Origin: Verrucomicrobiota bacterium
GTDB taxonomy: Bacteria; Verrucomicrobiota; Verrucomicrobiia; Limisphaerales; Palsa-1400
Assembly (NCBI GenBank): GCA_049510745.1
Contig: JBEKYR010000001.1
Coordinates: forward strand, 128,001-192,000
DNA: 64,000 nucleotides
Reading direction: 5' to 3'
The notes beneath the pieces are model-generated. The model searched no databases. It was not told the DNA's origin and saw nothing but the letters and a program-made list of their open reading frames with translations. A program made the position numbers and the translations under genes. Shown here piece by piece: positions 1-7,330 of the stretch (positions are counted from its first letter, which is position 1; every line of letters starts with the position of its first letter).

Positions 1-260
1 CGGCAGATAGACTCTTCGGTTTGACATAAATCTGGTGGGAATTTGCTTTTCGATTCTCCGCCCTTTCACTGAGGCTGCGCGGGCGGGGGAGGGTTGGTTC
101 TGGATCGCGCTCATCTTGAAAATTCTCTTTCCAATCATAATGGTCATCACGATGCAGAAAAGAAGTCAAGAGAAATCTTTTCACAGCCATCCCACAGAAA
201 ATCAAGAAAAGTGCCGGCTTGACCGTTTAAACCTGCCACACGGCAGGTATGAAAAAAAAA

Positions 261-310
261 GTACTCCGTTTCGCTCCGTTTTACTCCGTTTTAGTCCATC
301 TTGCTCCGTT
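261..310. repeat. Five tandem 10-bp repeats (consensus TTACTCCGTT)
   Basis: gtactccgtt tcgctccgtt ttactccgtt ttagtccatc ttgctccgtt read directly; exact 10-bp period. Confidence 0.85.
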
Positions 311-619
311 TTGGCCTCAAGCGAAACCAAAGAGGAGATTGCCGCAAAAGATCACAGAGATCACAAAGAAAAGAATATAAGTTACTGACTATGTGCGCTT
401 TACCTGTTCATTTGTGGCAAAAATCCTCTCAACGCGGCAAACCTTTTCGGGAGAGCCTCGCAAAGCGGCGTCCGCCTGCGCGTGAGGCAGGTTCCTTCCG
501 GCCTGGGGTGCCTGCGCCCGTGGTGAGGCGGCATGGGGCGTGGCCCTGCGGCGAGGGAAAGGACCAAGCCCCGGCAACTCCAGCCTTCGCTCAAGGCGAG
601 CTACGGCTGGCAGGCCAGT

Positions 620-700
620 TTATGTCAAACAGCGAGTCCTCGCCTTGGTTCATAGTCCCATGTTTTCCCATGATTGCAAGCATTTTTTACTGGATAACAG
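620..700 (-). promoter_or_regulatory. Putative extended -10 promoter with downstream boxA-like motif (copy 1 of 3)
   Basis: Minus strand: TTGCAA(679-674)-N16-GACTAT(657-652) with TG extension, then GCTGTTTGACATAA (633-620); same spacing as copies at 15419-15510 and 63672-63765. Confidence 0.55.
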
Positions 701-774
701 GCGTGAGGTAACGAGGGGGACGTCGCTGCGGCCCATGCAGAGGTCTCGTCGTCGTTTGTCGCCGCAGTCACAAG

Positions 775-847
775 GATCATAAGCAATTGTAGCGCAATCG
801 CTTGCACTTAAAGTTGGAGAAAACTACGGTTTGAGCCTGGTGACGAC
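775..847 (+). promoter_or_regulatory. Putative sigma70 promoter TTGCAC-N17-TACGGT (element C, copy 1 of 3)
   Basis: TTGCAC 802-807, TACGGT 825-830; homologous to 60093-60136 (+) and 63376-63446 (-); upstream GATCATAAGCAATTGTAG shared with the 63.4 kb copy. Confidence 0.6.
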
Positions 848-914
848 CTGTGAGATAAACGCAAAGGGCAAAAGACGCCAAGACTTAGCGCGGCAAGCCG
901 CAACCAAAGGAAGG

Positions 915-1075
915 CGACCACGGATCGCACGGATCGCAGAGATGAACAAATTATCGGGAAGACAAGTGAACAAATTGTCGGGCTGACGCTGGCGCGTGGG
1001 CTGGCGCGTGGGGATAAGAAGCGACGGGTTTTCCATCCGTGAAAATCCGCGGAATCCGTGGTAAGAAACTTTCCC
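915..1075. repeat. REP/MITE-like palindromic interspersed repeat (CCACGGAT...ATCCGTGG type)
   Basis: Imperfect inverted ends; inverted copy with internal deletion at about 15645-15750 and partial direct copy at about 15880-15948. Confidence 0.75.
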
Positions 1076-1113
1076 GAAAATGAATGATTCTGAGGCATGG
1101 CACTACCGCAAAA

Positions 1114-1282
1114 AAGCCAGCTTTGCTTTGCGACTTCGCGTCCTACGCCCCTTGCGTTTCGTCTGGTCCGTTCCGGGTGCCGCGGGATCGGGGGAGGTTA
1201 AGGAAACCGGGACAGACCGGCCCAACGCACCGATGCCGCAAACCACCCAGAAAATACAAATTTCCTAGGCCTGACCCTTTTC
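1114..1282 (+). repeat. Conserved ~165-170 bp non-coding element A ending CCTAGGCCTGACCCTTTT
   Basis: Near-identical inverted copy at 63191-63355; diverged partial copy at 63513-63600. Confidence 0.9.
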
Positions 1283-1392
1283 ACTTTCAAGAAACCTGAT
1301 ACGAATAAAGCACCTCAGAGTGGCTGGTTTTGATTCGACCCCAACTGGCTCGTTTTGAAGTGACCGGTGACAGGATTATTATGCAGGTTCGT

Positions 1393-2418
1393 TTATGCGC
1401 GAATCGCATACACAATAATGGAGATGATGAGGATGGCCACCACCGAAAACAACAAAATGGTGGCGACAACGTTGTCAGGGTTATTTTTTGATTTTTTCGC
1501 CAAACTTGGCTGCATCGGCCCGCTGGACGATTTGTCGGTTATAACTGCGCGACGTGTTGTCATATCTACAACAATATGCCCTTCAAGCTGCCATTGCAAT
1601 TTCCCATCTTTATCTTTTGTCATCTGCGGAAACGCGGTGAACGGTTCCGCTTGGTATCCAAATTGGACGGGCTGCAAACGCAAATCCCAAAGTTGCGCAT
1701 TTACCTCCTTTGGCGTCACACCGATAGCAGTACGCTGCCCCGTCATCCAATTCTCATCTACCACAAGATTAGGCACCGTTGCAAAATTACCGGGCAGCAT
1801 ATCTGGGATCGGGCAATCGCACGTTATCCAATCAGGAGAATCACTAAGCCTGTCCTCGAACCAAGGCGGGTTGAATTTGAGCTTGAGACTTTTTAAGACA
1901 GTTACCTTTATAGTCCCTTGTTTAATTTCGTTGGATGAGATGTTTTTTAATACAAATTCTGCTTTGATATTTGTGGTGCCTGGAACTACCGGCACTATCA
2001 CAAATCCCTTTACTTCCTCATCCTCAATCGCCACCCTGTTGAGCCTAGACGAAAAATCAAACCGTGGATCGGTGAGCATAAGCGGAAAGCCTTTGGATTC
2101 GGAGAGAGCAAAGCCTAGTTCTAAACTTGGACGGCTGGGTGAAGGCAGCGCGGATTTGCCCCACTCCAACCAACAAAGAAGCGAGCAGAAAAGTAATGCA
2201 AAGGCAATTATCGAGTCTCCCCACCTTTTTGCTGGTTTAGGCTCAGTGCCGGTGTTAATAAGCTCTGCCTCCAGTGCTTTTCCGCAGCAAAATAGTGCTC
2301 CAAACGCGAAGCATATCGCCAAAGGAATTGCTCTATGAAGATCATACAAAATACCACCGGCAAATCCGAAAGCAGCAAAAACCGAACCACACACAATAAT
2401 ATTTCTTGGATACTTCAT
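1393..2418 (-). CDS. Hypothetical membrane protein (AT-richer cargo gene)
   Basis: 341-aa ORF with ATG start, three N-terminal hydrophobic helices and one C-terminal helix; composition visibly lower in GC than neighbours; no recognised family. Confidence 0.6.
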   Translation of the reverse strand: MKYPRNIIVCGSVFAAFGFAGGILYDLHRAIPLAICFAFGALFCCGKALEAELINTGTEPKPAKRWGDSIIAFALLFCSLLCWLEWGKSALPSPSRPSLELGFALSESKGFPLMLTDPRFDFSSRLNRVAIEDEEVKGFVIVPVVPGTTNIKAEFVLKNISSNEIKQGTIKVTVLKSLKLKFNPPWFEDRLSDSPDWITCDCPIPDMLPGNFATVPNLVVDENWMTGQRTAIGVTPKEVNAQLWDLRLQPVQFGYQAEPFTAFPQMTKDKDGKLQWQLEGHIVVDMTTRRAVITDKSSSGPMQPSLAKKSKNNPDNVVATILLFSVVAILIISIIVYAIRA

Positions 2419-2593
2419 ATCGGGCCTTTTGGTTTCGGCATATTATTTTTCGCTGGGTTCCTGTGTGGATTTATTATTGGGTGCGCCGTTTCTCGTTAGA
2501 ATTTCAACTTTTTTTATAATGGCAACACGTTTTACAGGAAGTAAATTGCACGAGTTAAGGGTGCGTCAGTTAAGTGGAAAGCCCGTAGAAGAA

Positions 2594-2642
2594 AAAAGGG
2601 TCAGAGAAGAAAAAAAAGGGTCAGTCCTAGGATATTGGTATT
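2594..2642. repeat. Doubled AAAAGGGTCAG end motif, inverted relative to 1250-1282
   Basis: AAAAGGGTCAG (2594-2604) and AAAAGGGTCAGTCCTAGGATATTGGTATT (2614-2642); same doubled layout at 63163-63220. Confidence 0.8.
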
Positions 2643-2728
2643 CAATCATTTTGAGAAACCAGCCAGTCCAGCATAATCGCATATTATCGTTTTCTTTCCA
2701 GATCCCGCAGCGGGCCGGGGCGGCTGGC

Positions 2729-2760
2729 TTCCGCCGTCGCTAAAGCTATGGCGGACAGGT
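2729..2760. repeat. REP-like palindrome TCCGCCGTCGCTAAAGCTATGGCGGACAGG
   Basis: Imperfect hairpin; related sequence at about 581-615. Confidence 0.55.
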
Positions 2761-2832
2761 GGTTGCTCCTCGGTTGCAGATTTCTTTCGTGCTTTAAAAG
2801 GTCACCAACTTCAGGCCTATTGCGCTGGCTAA

Positions 2833-2845
2833 CCAGGTAGATCAT
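2833..2845 (-). pseudogene. Probable 4-codon stub (MIYL) of a deleted PIN/VapC toxin
   Basis: ATGA overlap with the antitoxin stop; reads M-I-Y-L like VapC 'MIYLD' starts, then the similarity ends. Confidence 0.4.
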
Positions 2846-3075
2846 CCCTCGCCTCCGCGCGCGTCCGCCACAATCTCGCTCAGGGATTTGCCGGGGGGAT
2901 TTTCGCCCCAAACAGCTTTGGCCCGGCGGACGAAGTCCGGTTGCGACGCGCCAGCGGGCACGAGTTTGGCAATCACCTTGTCGTGGTCAGTCATCTGAAC
3001 TTCTTCCCCAGACGCCACCCATTTCAAGATGTCCGGCCATCGCTCCGGCACTTGCTGAACGGTTGCTGTTTTCAC
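2842..3075 (-). CDS. Phd/YefM-family (prevent-host-death) antitoxin
   Basis: GTG start; KTATVQQV...ILKWVASGEEVQMTDHDKVIAKLVP pattern typical of Phd/VapB antitoxins; 77 aa. Confidence 0.8.
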   Translation of the reverse strand: MKTATVQQVPERWPDILKWVASGEEVQMTDHDKVIAKLVPAGASQPDFVRRAKAVWGENPPGKSLSEIVADARGGEG

Positions 3076-3163
3076 GAGGCCAAGATAGCTCCCCGCCGGT
3101 CGGCGGGCAAGAAAGCATTTCGGAAGCGGCGAAACCCGCATATCCGTTCCTAATCTTAACGCA

Positions 3164-3196
3164 CCGTCTTCCTCTCAGGAAGAGGAAAAAGGCCAA
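3164..3196 (+). repeat. 33-bp hairpin element B
   Basis: CCGTCTTCCTCTCAGGAAGAGGAAAAAGGCCAA; 29/33 identical to the reverse complement of 60148-60180; TCTTCCT-CTC-AGGAAGA stem. Confidence 0.8.
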
Positions 3197-3249
3197 TACC
3201 AATTCTCACAGAAAACCAGCAAATTCAGGATAAAGGCCAAAGAAGAGCA

Positions 3250-3294
3250 GTCGGCGGGGCGCCGACTGCAGCGGGCGGGGCGCCCGCGCTCCCC
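3250..3294. repeat. REP-like double hairpin ending GCGCTCCC
   Basis: Related copies at 15948-15980 and 17358-17402. Confidence 0.65.
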
Positions 3295-3316
3295 GAAAAC
3301 AGGGAATGGTTCAAGA

Positions 3317-4087
3317 TTAGCCGCCGTTGATGGGCGCGATCACTACTTCGCGTCCGCGCTCGCGCAGTTGGCGCACCAATTCCTCCGGCGCGCCCGGATC
3401 GGTCACGATGACGTGGAGGCTCTCAAGCGGACAGAGCATGGAAAGGGAGCGGCGCCCGAACTTGGTGCTGTCAAGACAAAATATCACCCGCTGCGCCGCC
3501 CGGATCATCGCCCGCTGGATTTCGATGAGCAGGCCGTGCGAATTGCTCACGCCTTCCAGCGTGATCCCGCCCGCGCTCATCACCGCCACGTCGGCGTGGA
3601 TTTTGGAGAAGGCTTCCACCGCCAGCGGCCCGACCAGCACCCCCAGCCGCGGATAGATCACGCCGCCGGAAACGATCAGTTCGACCCGGCTGGCCGCCGC
3701 GAAAAAATTCGCCACCGGCAGCGAATTGGTGATGATCTGCGGCATCTTCGGCTCAAGGTATTTTGCCGCGTGATAGGCGGTGGTGCCGGCGTCGATGATG
3801 ACCGTCTGGTTGGGACCAATCAATTCCGCGCAGGCGCGTCCAATGGCTTCTTTCTCGGGCAACTGATGGGTGTCGCGCGCGCTGAAGGCAAATTCATCCG
3901 ACGGCGGGTTGACCAGGCGCGCCCCGCCATGAGTGCGGCGCAAACTGCCGGTCGCCTCCAGCGCCGCAACGTCGCGGCGCACGGTCGAGACCGAGACTCC
4001 AACCTCCGCCGCAAGTTCCTCTAAAGAGGCAAATTCAACCTTGTTAAGGTAATCTTGAATCCGCTTTTGGCGCGCTTCTGGCTGCAT
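3317..4087 (-). CDS. DeoR/GlpR-family transcriptional regulator of the BMC locus
   Basis: HTH VSVSTVRRD..LE, RTHGGA, IDAGTT sensor domain; start taken at ATG 4087 (MQPEARQKRI). Confidence 0.95.
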   Translation of the reverse strand: MQPEARQKRIQDYLNKVEFASLEELAAEVGVSVSTVRRDVAALEATGSLRRTHGGARLVNPPSDEFAFSARDTHQLPEKEAIGRACAELIGPNQTVIIDAGTTAYHAAKYLEPKMPQIITNSLPVANFFAAASRVELIVSGGVIYPRLGVLVGPLAVEAFSKIHADVAVMSAGGITLEGVSNSHGLLIEIQRAMIRAAQRVIFCLDSTKFGRRSLSMLCPLESLHVIVTDPGAPEELVRQLRERGREVVIAPINGG

Positions 4088-4160
4088 TTGAAGGATTTTG
4101 GAACATTTTGGAAGTTTTTGCAAGAAATATATTGACGAATTCCATGTTTTTTGCCACATT
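4087..4160. promoter_or_regulatory. Divergent promoter region with four 10-bp-phased TTTG(G/C)AA-like repeats (candidate DeoR operator) and TTGACG-N17-CACATT
   Basis: catttgaagg attttggaac attttggaag tttttgcaag; TTGACG 4132-4137, CACATT 4155-4160. Confidence 0.5.
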
Positions 4161-4171
4161 TACCCAGAAAC

Positions 4172-4867
<696 letters not shown>

Positions 4868-4890
4868 TAACTTAACCACAGGAGAACCTA

Positions 4891-5184
4891 ATGAGTCAAG
4901 AAGCACTGGGCATGGTCGAAACCAAGGGGTACGTGGGCAGCGTCGAAGCCAGCGACGCCATGGTCAAGGCGGCCAATGTCACCCTGGTCAAAACAATACC
5001 CATCGGCGGCGGATTGATCACCGTCTTTGCCACCGGCGACGTCGGCAGCGTCAAAGCGGCCGTCGATGCCGGGGCCAAGGCGGCCGGCAAGGTGGGCGAA
5101 CTGGTCAGTTCCCACGTCCTGGCCCGCCCGCATGAAGACCTGATGAAGGTGTTCATCGGCGAACCGGCCAAAAAGCAATCCTGA
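4891..5184 (+). CDS. BMC-H shell hexamer protein
   Basis: ALGMVETKG...[10 protein letters not shown]...[13 protein letters not shown]...RPH; GGAG RBS. Confidence 0.97.
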   Translation: MSQEALGMVETKGYVGSVEASDAMVKAANVTLVKTIPIGGGLITVFATGDVGSVKAAVDAGAKAAGKVGELVSSHVLARPHEDLMKVFIGEPAKKQS

Positions 5185-5204
5185 ACCTTTAACCCACATT
5201 TGAT

Positions 5205-5483
5205 ATGGCACAACAAGCAATCGGCATGATCGAAACAAAGGGCCTCTGCGCGCTGATGGAAGCGACGGACGCCGCGCTCAAGGCGGCCAACGTCCAGTTT
5301 GTCGGCTGGGAAAAAATCGGCAGCGGCTATGTCACCGTCTTTTTCCGCGGGGACGTGGCCGCCGTCAAGGCCGCGACCGACGTGGGAGTGGCGGCGGCGG
5401 CGCAAGTCGGCAGCGTGGTCAGCGTGCAGGTCATTCCCCGTCCGCACGAGGGCCTGGCCGGCCTGGGCAAGTGGCTGCAATAG
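5205..5483 (+). CDS. BMC-H shell hexamer protein
   Basis: AIGMIETKG...KAANV...[10 protein letters not shown]...IPRPH. Confidence 0.97.
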   Translation: MAQQAIGMIETKGLCALMEATDAALKAANVQFVGWEKIGSGYVTVFFRGDVAAVKAATDVGVAAAAQVGSVVSVQVIPRPHEGLAGLGKWLQ

Positions 5484-5488
5484 GGTGA

Positions 5489-6673
5489 ATGAAGATACTC
5501 GTCGCCAACCTTGGCTCGACGTCGCTGAAATTTCGCCTGTTCGATTTTTCCGGCGGCCAGGAGCGTCTGCTCACGCGTGGCGGCATCGAGCGCGTGACGG
5601 ATTATGCCGGGGCCATCGATTCGTGTCTGGACCAACTGCGGCAGGGGGCGTGGATCGAGCGGGAAAGCGATTTGGCGGCAGTGGGCTTCAAAACGATTAT
5701 GGCGCGCGGGATCAACGGCTGTGTCCGCCTGGAGGATGGCGTGGTGCGGGCCATGGAGGAGTACAACACAGTCGCGCCCGCGCACAATCCGCCCTATATC
5801 ACAGGCATTCGTCTGTTTGCCAAACGCATGCCCGGCGTGCCTTTGGTCGGCCTCTTTGAAACGGCGTTTTACCAGCGGGCGCCGGAGGCGGCGATGCGCT
5901 ATGCTGTGCCCGAAGCCTGGCATCAGGCCGGGGTGCGCCGGTGGGGTTTTCACGGCGCCAGCCATAAATTCATCGCCGAACGCTCGGCGGAATTGCTCGG
6001 GCGCGAAGACGTGGCCCAACGGGCGCGCCTGCTTTACGTGAAGGGCGGCGAAACCCCGGTGCGCTCCCCTGCCCTGCGCGTCATCTCCTGTCATCTGGGC
6101 GGCAGTTCGTCGGTCACCGGCATCCGCAACGGCGTGGCCATCGGCAACAGTATGGGATTCAGCCCGCAATCGGGATTGCCGCAGAACAATCGCGTGGGCG
6201 ACCTGGACGCTTTTGCACTGCCGTATGTGATGCGGGCGACCGACGTGACGCTGGCGGAGGCCGGGCGCCAACTGTGCGAGGAATCGGGCCTCAAGGCCCT
6301 TTCGGGCGGATACAACGACATTCGCGACATCGCGGCGCAGGCCGCCCAAGGCAACGCCCGCGCGCAATTGGCGCTGGATGTTTTTGTGGACAGCGCGCGC
6401 CATTGGATCGGCGCGTATTATCTGCAACTCAACGGCATCGACGCGCTGGTTTTCACCGCCGGCATCGGCGAAAACCGCGCCGAGTTGCGGGCGGCCATCT
6501 GCCGCGATCTGGACCAACTGGGCATCGTCTTGGACGCCGGCCTGAACGAGGGCGCGCGCGCCCAGGAGGCGGTGATCAGCGGGCCGGAATCGCGCGTCAA
6601 AGTCATGATCATTCCCGCCAACGAAGAATTGGTCGTCGCCCGCGAGGTGCGCCGCTTTCTTCAATCTAATTAA
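5489..6673 (+). CDS. ackA: Acetate/propionate-family kinase (BMC acyl-phosphate kinase)
   Basis: NLGSTSLK, APAHNP, GFHGASH, CHLGG, FTAGIGEN and IPANEEL motifs. Confidence 0.92.
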   Translation: MKILVANLGSTSLKFRLFDFSGGQERLLTRGGIERVTDYAGAIDSCLDQLRQGAWIERESDLAAVGFKTIMARGINGCVRLEDGVVRAMEEYNTVAPAHNPPYITGIRLFAKRMPGVPLVGLFETAFYQRAPEAAMRYAVPEAWHQAGVRRWGFHGASHKFIAERSAELLGREDVAQRARLLYVKGGETPVRSPALRVISCHLGGSSSVTGIRNGVAIGNSMGFSPQSGLPQNNRVGDLDAFALPYVMRATDVTLAEAGRQLCEESGLKALSGGYNDIRDIAAQAAQGNARAQLALDVFVDSARHWIGAYYLQLNGIDALVFTAGIGENRAELRAAICRDLDQLGIVLDAGLNEGARAQEAVISGPESRVKVMIIPANEELVVAREVRRFLQSN

Positions 6674-6715
6674 ACCCATCACCCCATTACCGAACCTGAA
6701 AGGAAAGAAAACATT

Positions 6716-7009
6716 ATGGCACATCAAGCAATCGGACTCATTGAAACGCGCGGATTGATCGCCCTGGTCGAGGGCACCGACGCCATGCTCAAGGCGGCCA
6801 ACGTCGAACTGGCCGGCCCGATGCAGCAAGTCGGCAACGCCCTGGTCACGGCCGTGGTCGTGGGCGACGTGGCGGCCGTCAAGGCCGCGACCGACGCCGG
6901 CGCGCAGGCGATCAAGGCGAACAAGGGCGAACTGGTCAGCGTCCATGTCATCGCCCGGCCGCACTCGGAGGTGGAAGCCGTGCTGCCGCACAAACCGCAA
7001 GGGAAATAG
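6716..7009 (+). CDS. BMC-H shell hexamer protein
   Basis: AIGLIETRG...KAANV...[13 protein letters not shown]...IARPH. Confidence 0.97.
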   Translation: MAHQAIGLIETRGLIALVEGTDAMLKAANVELAGPMQQVGNALVTAVVVGDVAAVKAATDAGAQAIKANKGELVSVHVIARPHSEVEAVLPHKPQGK

Positions 7010-7011
7010 TT

Positions 7012-7323
7012 ATGTTCCTGGCGCGAGTCGAAGGCGCGGTCGTGGCGACGAAGAAAGACCCGTCGATGAACGGGCGCACCCTGCTGTTGTTGCGGCCGCA
7101 ACTGGTGGATGAGAAGGACCCGACGCGGTTCCGGGCGGGGGTCAACACGATTGTTGCCGTGGACAGCATCGGGGCGGGCGTGGGCGAGATGGTGCTCTTT
7201 TGCCAGGGCAGCTCGGCGCGGCTGGCCCCCACCCTGAAGGACGCCCCCGTCGATGCAGTCATCATCGGCATCGTCGATGTGGTCGATGTCTTGGGGAAAC
7301 AAGTCTATAGCGCAAAGGCGTAA
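7012..7323 (+). CDS. EutN/CcmL BMC-P vertex protein
   Basis: MFLARVEGAVVATKK...VAVDSIGAGVGE...VDAVIIGIVD. Confidence 0.95.
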   Translation: MFLARVEGAVVATKKDPSMNGRTLLLLRPQLVDEKDPTRFRAGVNTIVAVDSIGAGVGEMVLFCQGSSARLAPTLKDAPVDAVIIGIVDVVDVLGKQVYSAKA

Positions 7324-7330
7324 TTTCATT

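Noticed and set aside
261..310. 10-bp arrays (also 15267-15306 and 63856-63895) as CRISPR repeats
   Set aside because: No spacers, units too short, no cas genes
620..700. rRNA operon downstream of the boxA-like motifs
   Set aside because: No 16S/23S/5S or tRNA sequence recognisable after any copy
35..1299. Short ORFs in the repeat-rich ends (also 15003-16036 and 63116-63947)
   Set aside because: Translations of repeats with no protein motifs; indels between copies break the frames
1367..2338. 323-aa plus-strand ORF
   Set aside because: Ser-rich antisense shadow of the more protein-like minus-strand ORF 1393-2418
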